From positions 16,076 to 80,075 of the IMG/VR virus record IMGVR_UViG_3300003690_003399: DNA of 64,000 bases; one strand, given 5' to 3'. The position numbers were made by a program, and so were the translations under genes. The stretch is from a virus. The notes beneath the pieces were generated by a model. The model saw only the letters and a program-made list of their open reading frames with translations, searched no databases and had not been told where the DNA came from. Shown here piece after piece: positions 29,788-41,253 of this stretch. Position 1 is the stretch's first letter, and each line of letters starts with the position of its first letter.

Positions 29788-32700
29788 ATGGCTGAACAAC
29801 CAAATATAGATAACTTTTTAGATGAAGAATTAGAAAAATTATACGAGAGACTTAAAGAATTTCCTGAGATGGGATGGTGGCCAACCGACCCCCCCTTAAA
29901 AGAAGATTGGATCGCAGAAAAAAAAGAAGCTTTTGATAGTTTAGCAGTAGAAACCCCTCCGGTATCTGCATGGAAATTTATAGTTGATTTATACGATCAG
30001 TACGGAGTCGCACCGGCATCAACTATTATTGATGAAAATCAATATGAGACTATTGCATCTCAATTCTCTTTGAAAAATCGCTGGTACCAGAATACAACCA
30101 CTCATCTCTCAAAAGATAGAAAATATTACATAGTTCCGATAGTTTATGAAAGATTGATTAACAATCCAGGTTTAAAGCCATTTATTTCGACCACAACTGG
30201 CAAGTTAAATATCACCGAATTGCTTGAAAACATAACTCTCTCTTCATATGTATTTTTAAAAGCTGCAAAAAGATGGGCCCTCGAAAAAGCCGCCTCTGAT
30301 TTGGCGAAAGCTATTAGTTTAGACCATCAAGAAAAAGCTGAAACGATGGGTTTTTTCCCAAAGAATTCTCAAGGTATCGACGGCACAGAACCAATTGCTG
30401 CCGAGGCCTGGTATATCGATCCCAGGCCGCCAGAATACCAAAATTTGTTTTTAAAAGCGATGTTTCCAAGAGACTGGATAGATAGTTTGCCGAATAAAAT
30501 TGAGCCTTGTCCCGTCGGCGGAGCGACCCGGACTGTTATTCTCCATACAGACACATTAAAAAAAGATTTGGCTCACCTTCGAGAAATATTAAGACATTTT
30601 AATTATCAGATACAAAACACACCAGTACATATAGATTTTGATGGTATATGTTTTGCACAAAAAGTTTCGAAAATTTTTGAACTTTTAAATAATGTATTAA
30701 CATTAAATGAAAAGACAAATTTAAATATATCTTTAACCGGAGGAGCACTCCAGCTTGGTTTCACCGAAAACATGCAATTAAAATATATAGCCCACAGTGA
30801 AATTCCAGATTGCTTATGCGATGAAAAAAATATTAACGCGTATACATTAAAAAAAGGTGTTCATAAATTAAAGACTACTCCCCCTTTTGATTCTCCAACT
30901 GTTAACGGCCTTTTATTTTATCTTCCAGAAATTATAAGAAAATACGCTCCCTACCTGAAAGGCAATAAACGTATGTATCTATTTGCGGCTCAAGAATCGT
31001 GGCTTCACTTCATAAAATCTTATATATTTCCCAAGCCTGAAATAACATACGATACATCCGAAACAGAGGGAGAATTTTTTGTTAAAAAAATAACAGCGAT
31101 TGGCGACTTAACAAAATCTATAGGAAGTGTTACCAAAAATATTTTATATACCAGAGATCCCACTGTTCTTATGGCGCCCGATATACGGCAACGAATTCTG
31201 GGCGCCGTTAGCCAGGAAATGATATATGGCGGCGACAAAGTGATGTTGGATGCTTTAACTTCTGAGATACTTTCTATGACCGCTCTTTATGATAATTTAC
31301 TTAATAAAGTACCAATAACAGAATTAATTAAATTAGCTCTCAGTGCTCTTGTTAAGTGTGTATCAGACGATGATCTTAAGAAGAAGATGTGCGATTCAAT
31401 TTTAAGAGCAATGCCCGGCTCCGAAATAAAAACAAAGGTTATTCCATGCCTACGCGCATCAGGAGCTGATGATGCGATTGCTCATATGGAATCTTTGATG
31501 TTAACACGACGCAGCCTTGTATATCGGCAGGCCCAAGCGCGCGCGCCTGAAAAATTTACAAAAACAGTTGCGGACGCAATGAAATCAGAACTTGATATGG
31601 CCGCCGTCAATGAGCTTTATTGTTCGGACCCAGAATTTCAAGATATCCTCGGGCGCCCAGCTGACGATTTTTCTGAAGAAATGCTTCTTGCGAGGGAGCA
31701 AGATAAAGATGACGCAATTTGCGAATGCATATTATCAGTTTATGGCCCAGTGGAACAAATATTTGGGTTTATAGAAGAGGCAAAAGATACCGGTGGAGAT
31801 ATTTTAGATATACTAGTATCCAATAGAGCACAAGCCATTCAACAATCAAGGTCGGATGTAATAGATCGTATCTTGAGGGTATTTCGAACTTCCGACCAAC
31901 GAACTTTATCAGGTATGGCCACAAGCATCATGACAGCTCTCGTAGAATCATACGTTGCCGTTGTGCTCGCCGCTATGCTAATTGTTTTGCAGCATGTCAA
32001 GAGCACGGTACTTGGAGGTTTAGCTACAGATATCTGCGCAGCACCCGCAAACCCATTTTCAGAGAAAAATTTTAGTAAAATGGTTATGAACTCAACTCTC
32101 TATAAAGATAATGATTTCAATAAGTTAAGAAAAAATTTCAATAAGTTAAAAACCTTGGCTGGCCTCAGCGGAGACATTAATGCCATAATAACAGCATGCG
32201 ATGAGTTAGGTCGACAATTTACCCCTACCGAGTTTAAACGGATCTTTACTACACCATGCAGTGACAATTCCGCTGATGATTTATACAAGCAAATACATTT
32301 TCCAGGTATCACATACGATCCCAAGAAAACCGGAGACGCCCCCTTCGGATCTTCTTTGGAGTACATTCAAGAAATATATTATGGAAGCGCCACGGCGACA
32401 GCGGAAGCCGCGCTTGCTTTAGACGAGGGAGAGTCGTTGGATGGAATAGTAACTTCTTTTTGTGATATGGATAACGAAGGAGGAAGAGGGGGACTCCCTA
32501 TCGACGCTAAACATACTTTGCTGTACAGCTTTGGCTCGCAGGTTGATGATTCTTTTTATGATGAGATTATAAATGATCATGAAGACCTAAAAGCAGAACT
32601 AGCTAATTTTTGTGATCCAGAATCCATCGAAATTTTTTCAAAAACTTTAGGTTCTAGTGACATCGCCGCCCATGCGCAAAAAGGCAAAGAGGATATACTC

Positions 32701-35700
32701 GAAGATATTGTTTCGATATTGCCGCTTTTAGACAAAGATAAATTAATGGACATGATGCCGCCTCTATTTTGTGGCCCTTGTAATCCACGAAAAGTTGGCC
32801 AAAAGCCCCTAATAGAAAATCAGATTCCTGGGCCTCTTTTAGACACATTCGATGAATTGAACAAAGATACGCTTAATACAATTAACAACATGTTTAATAA
32901 CACGGTTGATTCTTATAAGCCAATTTTGCTCGGTCAAACAGATGCCCATTCCGACATGATTGATGCCATTGTCCAAGCAGCAGACGACGCTATGCAGGTA
33001 AAAGAGAAGGACAAAGACGGGAAGTTGGTTTATGATGAAGATGGCAAAACAATACCTACCGGTGTATATTACAAAGGCCCCGCCGCGTTCGGCGCATCCG
33101 GCAACGCCCAACAAGAGTTAATGGAAAGTCTCGCTACGTACGCTCAAGACAATGTCAAGGACGCCGATAAAATCATTTCAAAAAATTTGTTAACCGCACT
33201 AGAAACAGCGACCACTACAGACTTTGTTGCATATGAATATGGCGCCTTTAAAGTTTTCGTGTATACGGTGCCACCAGTTGAAGGAAAAAGCCCCGCAAAA
33301 ACAATATATTTATTATTTAACAAAACGGATAGCTCGAAATCGTATCAAAATCGTATGGTGGGCCCGGGCCAAATAAAAATTGTTGTACAAGAAACGGGCT
33401 CAGATGTTCCACTATATGAATGGCCACCACCCAACAACAATATTGATTTTATGATTGGGGGGGGATCTTCCACTGGTACTGAAATTACTCAAGGGCTCGA
33501 AAAGATGGGGCTCGGTCTTGATTTCGCTGACGTCAGCACTTATGATGGTTATTTTATTAATATTATCCAACTATTGCTTGAAACTATTTTTCTTGAAGGG
33601 ACCAAACATGATATGTTTAATGGGGTTGTTTTTAATAAAATACCGTTAACTGATTTAGAGGCATTACAATCTTGTAACTCCGACGTGGGACGTACACCTC
33701 TTTTAAATATCGAACAAATTCTTAGCGACCTGAGAGATACACAAAAAGCTTTAGAATGTGTGGTAAGCAGGTTTGATACGCCCAGCGCGTTTGAAATAAC
33801 AGCCGTGTATGGGGTATGCAAAGCCTTATTTAAGAGCTGTATAGTAGAAGAATATTTAAAAAATATATTTATTTTTGGTTTTTTAAGAATTGAAGATATT
33901 ATGCAATCCAGCGCTTACATGAAACTGTTATTAGACAACGTAGTTAATTCTTTGCAATCAGCAGTTGGTGCCGATAGCTATGAAGATGTTTTAGATTATT
34001 CATCAAAAATTATTAATGGACGCATGCAACTGGGGGAAACTTTCCCCAACCCCCCCGGCTCTTCAGCCGAAGAGTCGCCGGCTAGCGGTCCGCTAGGAGA
34101 AATGCAGGTATTGAGATCTTCCGAGGATTGTTTAAAGATTTTAATTTTGGAAAGCGCGACCGAAATCAGTGATATTCTCGATAATCGAATACAATCAGTT
34201 GTCGACCCATCCTGGCAGAAAAAATTTAACAAATTTGGCGACGCAGACGGCGCCGCAGCAGAGATAAAGGACACTCTCTCAGAGCGGCTTTTAAATTATG
34301 TGGCATCTTCATCGCCAGAATATTGGTCTCCAAATATATTTCCTTTCGATTATGGAAATGAAGTTAGTCCTTTTGGCAATCTTTGTCCAATGCGTATTGC
34401 CCGCGCGTGGGAAAATAATTCGAAGGCATCGATTCCATGGCCTCTTCAATTTGGTGTTGGCGGCACCAGCGCCGGGGAAAAAGATTCAAGCGAAAGATTC
34501 ACTAACATGGAGGACTTTTTTAACAACACGGGCTGGCCGAACAGAGGCGCCGAAAATGATGAGCCATGGTCAGGAGGCTTCTTTTTTCAACCATATGTAA
34601 AGATTATTCCACGAGTATTTGCGTACGCTGGGCAGCAGTACCACACGTTGGGTGATGTCGTCATGTCAGACTTAGCAGACAATCTCCAAGTTTTTTGGGA
34701 GACTTTTAAAGAATCTTATAAATACTACGCGCCTGACGTCATCAATGAAAACAAGCCGCAAATCTCCGGTAATGCGCCCAAAAATGAATTAATTGATCTT
34801 ATAATAAAACAAGTTGAATACGAGGCGACTCCGGACGGATTGTTCGAGACTGTCGAAGGAACCGACGGCAAACCCACGTCTTGGGTCATCGGCGGCACCC
34901 TCGAAAAGTTTTTTAAGCTTTTCTTTTCGCCGTACGATAATGTCTCAGAAAGCATAGATTCACAGAAATATAGTAGATCTCTTTTTATGAGATTGGTTTC
35001 TTCTTTTGTGCCCAGCAAAGTAGATAATACTTTTACCGACTGGAAAGAAGGGTATTACTATTGGGAAGACCATCCAAGCGGTGCTGGAAACGCACAAAAA
35101 TGGAATTGGATTAACAGGGGTACCACATCAGTCAATCTTGCCTCTGGAGAGCCTTTGGGGATGAAAAATTCACAATTAATGGAAGGACGAGATGGAAGTA
35201 CAATCAGTATGTTTGGCTTTGCTAAAGAATTGAAAGCCCCAGATGCTCCTAATTTTTATGATAAACTAATTGCATTTGCTACCGAGATGGGTAGTGGAGA
35301 ATTCGGTGGAGAAGATGAGGTTATAGCCGATGGCGATGGCGGAACGACCATAGTTCCTTACGCATATGAAACAGAAAAAAACTTTTGGTATGAAATCAGA
35401 GATATAATTTTTGATAGTCCATCTCATTATTGGTTTGATTTTAAAATAGGCATGCGCTTAAATCTGATAGTTAAAATTAATAATTTAGACTCAGAAGTAA
35501 ATACTATTGATTCAGTTACATCGGCGATGGATAACTTTAATTTAAAAAAATATAATGAAGAAAAAGTCTTTATATGGCAAAAAACTGCGGATGAAGCATA
35601 TTATTGCTTCCCTCTTGAAAGCGAAGAACAAGAGGCACGGGACATGTTTAGTGGGCTAGTAAATAACTGGCATTGGACATCGAAGTTGGCACCTGCGAAA

Positions 35701-37155
35701 GTAATATCCCATCCCTCACAAGCGCCTTGCTTGTGGGCTATCAGCCGTGCGATAAACCAAAGACTAGACCATGACAACCAAAGCCAAACTTTAGAAAATT
35801 TAAAATTAAAATTATTAAAAAAACTAAAAACGTCAGAATTGCTAACTAAGGCATTTTCTTTTAAAGACTTGGCAGTTCTAGTCGCCATAATATATCGACA
35901 CTACATGCAATCAGCATATCCGTCTATTGATAGATTGTTTATACCCCTAAAGAACACCATTAATAGATATATAGCAGCCACAACTGCAGCAATTAATGGC
36001 GATTATCAATATGCCGACCCACTAGCCGAAGAAACGAACCCTCTCGCCGAACTTCAGGCCGCCGTACCTGATTTTAATGAATTAAAGAAAAAGTTTACAA
36101 TAATGTGTATTCAAATGGCTGCTAATATTGTTGACCCCACTTGGGTAACTCAATGGTTTCTGCCCGGGCCCATTACGCCGATTGGTATAATTGCTAAGAC
36201 CTTATCTACCAAGTGGACAGAAGACAAAGAAGGCCCCGAAGATATTACGACAGAGCTTTGCCCACCCCCCGATTGGGACACTGTGTCTAAGGAATCTGAA
36301 GAATATAAAACAGAGCTGCAGGCCAAGGAAGCTGAAGAGTTTTTCTCTAGTGATGACGCTGTTGAAGGTACCACACTTGAAGCGTGGATAACTATGCTTG
36401 AACATACTCAGGATCCCCTTGTGAATGAGGAAAGATGGAACAGTGTATTAACTAAATGGACTTTCAATATTCGTTATGCGCTTGGCCAAGCACCCCTCCT
36501 CGGGCCATCGCTGTCCGAATCGATGATCTCTCACGATATGAATGGATTAACCTTAAAGATTGACTTCAAACATGAGTTATCCCCCCTCTCGGAAATACAC
36601 ACATATGAAGCTGCCCTTGACACAAGTTTAAATTCATACGAGTCTTCCATCACCCGTATTGGTGTAAAAGATATAGTCGACAATTGCATCGATGGGGCCA
36701 CAGGGTGTCAGGCACAAATCGGCTCAGATATACTCTTAGGCCAGGCTATAGTACAAAGTATCCAGGCCTTTATAAATAGCATCGAGTGGCCACCCATCCT
36801 TGCACCGCTAGTAACAACTACTTGGGGCCTCTCGGAGATTGCGCAAGCGGTGGGCGGCGCGGGTAATGTCCATGACGTCTACGGCACTGCTGTTTACATG
36901 CAAGGTTTAATTATAAAGCCTCCATATGGAACACTTATTACTACCACCGAAGGACGTCAGCGGCTGACCTACGGCTACCACAATCACGTTTGGACCCCAC
37001 AGGATATCGTCGCGACGCCTCCGCCCGATGAGAGTGGGTACCTTAAGTGGGAGTGTGTACCCTGGGACCACAATATAACATCTTGTGATGACCTTTGGTT
37101 TATTAATTTCACTAACATGAAATACCTTAAAAACAAACCCGTCGGAGTACCTTAA
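29788..37155 (+). CDS. Giant 2455 aa putative virion protein
   Basis: Uninterrupted ORF between spike-like and gp25-like genes; Cys-containing helical core with a hydrophobic segment. Confidence 0.6.
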   Translation: MAEQPNIDNFLDEELEKLYERLKEFPEMGWWPTDPPLKEDWIAEKKEAFDSLAVETPPVSAWKFIVDLYDQYGVAPASTIIDENQYETIASQFSLKNRWYQNTTTHLSKDRKYYIVPIVYERLINNPGLKPFISTTTGKLNITELLENITLSSYVFLKAAKRWALEKAASDLAKAISLDHQEKAETMGFFPKNSQGIDGTEPIAAEAWYIDPRPPEYQNLFLKAMFPRDWIDSLPNKIEPCPVGGATRTVILHTDTLKKDLAHLREILRHFNYQIQNTPVHIDFDGICFAQKVSKIFELLNNVLTLNEKTNLNISLTGGALQLGFTENMQLKYIAHSEIPDCLCDEKNINAYTLKKGVHKLKTTPPFDSPTVNGLLFYLPEIIRKYAPYLKGNKRMYLFAAQESWLHFIKSYIFPKPEITYDTSETEGEFFVKKITAIGDLTKSIGSVTKNILYTRDPTVLMAPDIRQRILGAVSQEMIYGGDKVMLDALTSEILSMTALYDNLLNKVPITELIKLALSALVKCVSDDDLKKKMCDSILRAMPGSEIKTKVIPCLRASGADDAIAHMESLMLTRRSLVYRQAQARAPEKFTKTVADAMKSELDMAAVNELYCSDPEFQDILGRPADDFSEEMLLAREQDKDDAICECILSVYGPVEQIFGFIEEAKDTGGDILDILVSNRAQAIQQSRSDVIDRILRVFRTSDQRTLSGMATSIMTALVESYVAVVLAAMLIVLQHVKSTVLGGLATDICAAPANPFSEKNFSKMVMNSTLYKDNDFNKLRKNFNKLKTLAGLSGDINAIITACDELGRQFTPTEFKRIFTTPCSDNSADDLYKQIHFPGITYDPKKTGDAPFGSSLEYIQEIYYGSATATAEAALALDEGESLDGIVTSFCDMDNEGGRGGLPIDAKHTLLYSFGSQVDDSFYDEIINDHEDLKAELANFCDPESIEIFSKTLGSSDIAAHAQKGKEDILEDIVSILPLLDKDKLMDMMPPLFCGPCNPRKVGQKPLIENQIPGPLLDTFDELNKDTLNTINNMFNNTVDSYKPILLGQTDAHSDMIDAIVQAADDAMQVKEKDKDGKLVYDEDGKTIPTGVYYKGPAAFGASGNAQQELMESLATYAQDNVKDADKIISKNLLTALETATTTDFVAYEYGAFKVFVYTVPPVEGKSPAKTIYLLFNKTDSSKSYQNRMVGPGQIKIVVQETGSDVPLYEWPPPNNNIDFMIGGGSSTGTEITQGLEKMGLGLDFADVSTYDGYFINIIQLLLETIFLEGTKHDMFNGVVFNKIPLTDLEALQSCNSDVGRTPLLNIEQILSDLRDTQKALECVVSRFDTPSAFEITAVYGVCKALFKSCIVEEYLKNIFIFGFLRIEDIMQSSAYMKLLLDNVVNSLQSAVGADSYEDVLDYSSKIINGRMQLGETFPNPPGSSAEESPASGPLGEMQVLRSSEDCLKILILESATEISDILDNRIQSVVDPSWQKKFNKFGDADGAAAEIKDTLSERLLNYVASSSPEYWSPNIFPFDYGNEVSPFGNLCPMRIARAWENNSKASIPWPLQFGVGGTSAGEKDSSERFTNMEDFFNNTGWPNRGAENDEPWSGGFFFQPYVKIIPRVFAYAGQQYHTLGDVVMSDLADNLQVFWETFKESYKYYAPDVINENKPQISGNAPKNELIDLIIKQVEYEATPDGLFETVEGTDGKPTSWVIGGTLEKFFKLFFSPYDNVSESIDSQKYSRSLFMRLVSSFVPSKVDNTFTDWKEGYYYWEDHPSGAGNAQKWNWINRGTTSVNLASGEPLGMKNSQLMEGRDGSTISMFGFAKELKAPDAPNFYDKLIAFATEMGSGEFGGEDEVIADGDGGTTIVPYAYETEKNFWYEIRDIIFDSPSHYWFDFKIGMRLNLIVKINNLDSEVNTIDSVTSAMDNFNLKKYNEEKVFIWQKTADEAYYCFPLESEEQEARDMFSGLVNNWHWTSKLAPAKVISHPSQAPCLWAISRAINQRLDHDNQSQTLENLKLKLLKKLKTSELLTKAFSFKDLAVLVAIIYRHYMQSAYPSIDRLFIPLKNTINRYIAATTAAINGDYQYADPLAEETNPLAELQAAVPDFNELKKKFTIMCIQMAANIVDPTWVTQWFLPGPITPIGIIAKTLSTKWTEDKEGPEDITTELCPPPDWDTVSKESEEYKTELQAKEAEEFFSSDDAVEGTTLEAWITMLEHTQDPLVNEERWNSVLTKWTFNIRYALGQAPLLGPSLSESMISHDMNGLTLKIDFKHELSPLSEIHTYEAALDTSLNSYESSITRIGVKDIVDNCIDGATGCQAQIGSDILLGQAIVQSIQAFINSIEWPPILAPLVTTTWGLSEIAQAVGGAGNVHDVYGTAVYMQGLIIKPPYGTLITTTEGRQRLTYGYHNHVWTPQDIVATPPPDESGYLKWECVPWDHNITSCDDLWFINFTNMKYLKNKPVGVP

Positions 37156-37207
37156 TAAGCACTTAGAGATTAATATAAAAGCTTAAGAGGAATAATTGTT
37201 TTAATTT

Positions 37208-37216
37208 CTAATTATT
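37208..37216 (+). promoter_or_regulatory. Candidate late promoter CTAATTATT
   Basis: 25 nt upstream of the gp25-like ATG, followed by AAGGA. Confidence 0.45.
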
Positions 37217-37232
37217 AAAAAGGAATAAAAAT

Positions 37233-37643
37233 ATGGCAGTTGGCTTTTCTCCCAGTTTACCCTTACGATATGATTCTATTGATGGTTTTTATAAATTAAA
37301 TAAAACTTTGGGCGATGTCGCAAAACAAAATTTAAAGACAGTTGTACTCACCGCCCCTGGCGAGAGAATAATGCATCCGGATTTTGGCGTGGGCGCCCGT
37401 AATTACTTATTTGACCAAACCGAAGGCACATACCAAGACCTTAGTACAAAAATAATTGAACAGGTCCGGAAGTATGTTCCTTTTATTAAAATTATTAATA
37501 TTGCTATAGTGGATGTAAATTTAGATGAGACTCGGAAGTACGATTATAAAGACACTCAATATTTAGGTATCGAAATTATATATTATATTCCAAATTTAAA
37601 TTTAAACGAAACTTTAAAAATAATTGTTTCTAGCATCAGCTAA
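37233..37643 (+). CDS. Baseplate wedge protein, gp25/GPW-like
   Basis: QNLK..VLT.PGERIMHPDFG, I..YVP. Confidence 0.92.
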   Translation: MAVGFSPSLPLRYDSIDGFYKLNKTLGDVAKQNLKTVVLTAPGERIMHPDFGVGARNYLFDQTEGTYQDLSTKIIEQVRKYVPFIKIINIAIVDVNLDETRKYDYKDTQYLGIEIIYYIPNLNLNETLKIIVSSIS

Positions 37644-37663
37644 CCAAGAAGGAAAAACTAAAG

Positions 37664-39454
37664 ATGCCAAAAATGAAACCATCCATAAATTACACTAGTC
37701 GAGATTTCGAATCCATTAGGGCAGATTTAGAAGCTTACACAAAAAGATACTACCCTGACAATTTTAAAGACTTTACAGAAGCTTCTTTTGGTTCCTTAAT
37801 GTTGGACACCGTTGCGTACGTTGGAGACATGTTATCTTTTTACACAGATTATCAAGCTAATGAATCATTTTTAGATACAGCAATGGAATTTAATAATATC
37901 TTAAAATTAAGCAGCGAATTAGGTTATAAATATAAACCTTATCCATCTTCATTTGGTATCTGTAATTTTTATATAACTGTACCGGCGCAATCTAATTATC
38001 CAGCACCAGATAACACCTATAAGCCGATATTAAAGAAAGGCTCGACTTTCTTTTCTACAGCGAATACAATTTTTACTTTATTAGAAGATGTGGATTTTTC
38101 AAAAAGTACCTATCCCATTGTAGTGGCCGACCAAAATTCAAATACAGGCGCACCTCTTTCATATGCGATACGAGCGGCAGGACAAGTAGTATCGGGCGAG
38201 CTGGCAATTCAAGAAATTTCAATTGGAGAGTTCCAAAAATTCTTAAGAATTAGATTAGATGGCCAAAATATCAGTGAAATAATTTCTATTTTTGACGATA
38301 ATGGAAATCAATATTATGAAGTAGATTATCTCACACAAAACATTTTGCAGGTTCCTGTTTTGAACAAAGGGGATAATTCAAATACAGTCCCTTATATATT
38401 AAAACCTGTCTCAGTTTCCAGGCGCTTTGTGGTCGAGAGCACACCAACAGGTGTGTTTTTGCAATTTGGGTATGGCAGTGAAGAAACACCTGTTTCTTTA
38501 CAAGATCCTTCAGAGGTCATCCTCCAGTTGCATGGAAAAGACTATACCACCGCTACTTCATTTGATCCATCGATATTAAATGAAACTGACAAACTTGGAG
38601 TAGTACCGGCTAATACTATTTTAACGATAATTTATAGAATTAACACAAATGAAAATACAAATGCCGCAGCCAATACTGTAACAAGAGTCGGTACCGCCAA
38701 TTTCCAATTTAATGCCCCCGAAAGTTTAAATCAGGGTAAGAGAAATAGTGTTACAAATAGTTTGGCTACTTTAAACGAAGAGCCGATTATTGGTAACGTG
38801 ACCATAGCCACTGCGGACGAAATCAAACAAAGAGCCAGAGGGAACTTCGCGGCTCAATATCGAGCGGTCACAAAAGAAGACTATATTAGTCTTGCTTATA
38901 ATATGCCTTCAAAATTTGGAAAATTTAAGAGAGTAACAATAGAATTAGATTCCGACTCGTATAATCAGAGAAATCTAAATTTGTATACTATTTCGGAAAA
39001 CACAGATGGAACTTTGATTAAAAGCAATGGCACTCTTAAAAATAATTTGAAAACATGGATAACTCAGTATAAGATGATTAATGACACAATGGACATATTA
39101 GATGCCAAGATTGCTAATATAGGAATTGAGTTTAAAGCCCTAGCTTTCCCCGGGGTCAACAAGTATGATCTTTTAAACGAGGCAGTTACAACTTTACAAG
39201 TTGCCTTCGATCAAACATTTTATATTGGAGAACCATTTTTAATTACTGATGTATACCAAAATTTAAAATCGATTCCAAACTTAATGGACGTAATCGACGT
39301 CAATATTATAATTAAAAGCGGCGCCGCGTACGCGGATTCTCCAATTAGCATCGAAGAGTCATTGTCGGCAGATGGAAGATATGTTATTCCACCAATGGAC
39401 ACAATCTTTGAAATCAAATTTCCAAATTCAGATATAATGGGGACAATACTCTAA
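37664..39454 (+). CDS. Baseplate wedge subunit, T4 gp6/baseplate J-like
   Basis: YTSRDFESI, DF..S.G..LD..AYVGD.LSFY.D.Q.NE.FL.TA, LGYK, RAVTKEDY. Confidence 0.9.
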   Translation: MPKMKPSINYTSRDFESIRADLEAYTKRYYPDNFKDFTEASFGSLMLDTVAYVGDMLSFYTDYQANESFLDTAMEFNNILKLSSELGYKYKPYPSSFGICNFYITVPAQSNYPAPDNTYKPILKKGSTFFSTANTIFTLLEDVDFSKSTYPIVVADQNSNTGAPLSYAIRAAGQVVSGELAIQEISIGEFQKFLRIRLDGQNISEIISIFDDNGNQYYEVDYLTQNILQVPVLNKGDNSNTVPYILKPVSVSRRFVVESTPTGVFLQFGYGSEETPVSLQDPSEVILQLHGKDYTTATSFDPSILNETDKLGVVPANTILTIIYRINTNENTNAAANTVTRVGTANFQFNAPESLNQGKRNSVTNSLATLNEEPIIGNVTIATADEIKQRARGNFAAQYRAVTKEDYISLAYNMPSKFGKFKRVTIELDSDSYNQRNLNLYTISENTDGTLIKSNGTLKNNLKTWITQYKMINDTMDILDAKIANIGIEFKALAFPGVNKYDLLNEAVTTLQVAFDQTFYIGEPFLITDVYQNLKSIPNLMDVIDVNIIIKSGAAYADSPISIEESLSADGRYVIPPMDTIFEIKFPNSDIMGTIL

Positions 39455-41253
39455 TGGCTATTAAAAGATATACAGCGGATGCAGACACAACAATAACAAA
39501 CGCCTTCAAATCAAACTTGTCTACTCGCGGTGTGAGTGGAAATATGGGCCAATCAGATATTCTTGAAGTCTTTTCGATTTACGCGCAAGCTTCAACAGCA
39601 TCGTCGGAGCTAGAAAGAGTTTTAATAAAGTTTCCCGCTAGCGGCACAGCCGCTGGCTATATTTCTTATGATCGATCACAGGGGGACATACCAGCCTCCG
39701 GGAGTGTTTCATTCTATTTAAGAATGTTCGATGCACCTCATTCGCAAACTACCCCTAAAGATTTCAATTTAATTATTTCTGCTGTTTCTCAGTCTTGGCA
39801 AGAAGGGCTCGGTCTCGATATGGAAGAATATTCCGACGAAGACGAGGCCAATTGGCTCTATGCAACCGACACCAAAATTCAAGCTAGTGCCTCGATTACA
39901 GTAAGGGCAAATACTGCCGCAAACACAATTACTTTTACTGGCTCAAACTCGAATTATTTATTTACATCTATTGATGATGCAACGCCAGCCCCAAATTATT
40001 TTCATATTGGTGCGAACACCAGCGCATGCGCTACAAATATAAAAACAATAATCGATGCATCTGCAAGCGCTGACTTTAGCGCATCTGTGGATTCTGCAGT
40101 TGTCACTATATACGCATTTACCGCTGGGACATCTGGAAATTCAGATTCTCTATCTTCAAGTTTAGCTAGCGTTTTTGATGTAACCGGAAGTGATAGTGTT
40201 GCCAACAGCGGTCTAAGTGGAACTTTTGCAGGGGGAGCCAACTTTACTTCATGGATAGCGGAAGGAGGCGATTATTTAACAGACGCTTCTTCTTCTTTTA
40301 CTGCATCTTTTGACACAGGGTTTGAAGATGTAGAATTAGATATTACTCCACTGGTTGAACAATGGATTAATAGCGCAGGCAATGAAGCAGTCTTAGGTGC
40401 TAGAGGGTCACAATTTTTCTTTAGGCGCCCCTACATAGAAGCGCGTTGGGATTCTTCCACTCAAGACAATCGAGGAAGTTTTTATTATAGTAGTTCATTG
40501 GCACCCGCAGCAGACAATTTAAACACTATTTATCTATATAATTATGTACGCGGGCAATTGAAAAACATCCCAGATATTGGAACAGGCAATATTTATATTA
40601 GGGCCTATTCTGGTTCGGCTGCTAATTCTGCCCCCTCGGGATCCAAATTACAATTAAGTATTGGCGGGGGTGTGATATCAACTGATCTTTATAATATCAC
40701 TGGAGGATATGTATCTCCCGGCGTCTACTCTGCATCCTTTGCGTTCACAGGATCCACCTCTTTAACACGAATATTCGATGTGTGGCATAGCGGGAGTACA
40801 CAATATTTTACCGGGACCATCAATCCAGCTAGCTTAACTCAAGTTTGGCCAGGCCAAGCATATAATCCAAATCAACAATACGTGTCTAGTATCACAAACT
40901 TAAAACCCTCGTATTCAAATCAAAATACAACTGCTAGATTCCGGTTATACACAAGAAAGAAAAATTGGAACCCAAACATTTATAGTGTGGCATCCGTAGC
41001 GGCACCCCTTGATTTGGTAGAGAGTGCTTATTATAGGATATACCGCGTAACTGATGACCTAAATATTATTTCTTATGGCACTGGTAGTGATAATAATACT
41101 AAACTATCTTATGATGATAGCGGCAGTTATTTTGATTTAGACATGTCGTTACTTGAAGCAGATAACGCATATGGGATCAAGTTTGTATATTATCTAAACG
41201 GCCAGTATAATCAACAGCCAGAAAAATTTATATTTAGAGTAGAAAAAGCATGA
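39454..41253 (+). CDS. Ser/Thr-rich virion structural protein
   Basis: In the baseplate operon; beta-rich; many SGS/TGS/SAS tripeptides. Confidence 0.65.
   Translation: MAIKRYTADADTTITNAFKSNLSTRGVSGNMGQSDILEVFSIYAQASTASSELERVLIKFPASGTAAGYISYDRSQGDIPASGSVSFYLRMFDAPHSQTTPKDFNLIISAVSQSWQEGLGLDMEEYSDEDEANWLYATDTKIQASASITVRANTAANTITFTGSNSNYLFTSIDDATPAPNYFHIGANTSACATNIKTIIDASASADFSASVDSAVVTIYAFTAGTSGNSDSLSSSLASVFDVTGSDSVANSGLSGTFAGGANFTSWIAEGGDYLTDASSSFTASFDTGFEDVELDITPLVEQWINSAGNEAVLGARGSQFFFRRPYIEARWDSSTQDNRGSFYYSSSLAPAADNLNTIYLYNYVRGQLKNIPDIGTGNIYIRAYSGSAANSAPSGSKLQLSIGGGVISTDLYNITGGYVSPGVYSASFAFTGSTSLTRIFDVWHSGSTQYFTGTINPASLTQVWPGQAYNPNQQYVSSITNLKPSYSNQNTTARFRLYTRKKNWNPNIYSVASVAAPLDLVESAYYRIYRVTDDLNIISYGTGSDNNTKLSYDDSGSYFDLDMSLLEADNAYGIKFVYYLNGQYNQQPEKFIFRVEKA

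Noticed and set aside
40380-40420. Possible in-frame deletion at NEAVLG-ARGSQFFF
   Set aside because: The junction looks abrupt but the frame is intact; it cannot be supported without an alignment to homologs
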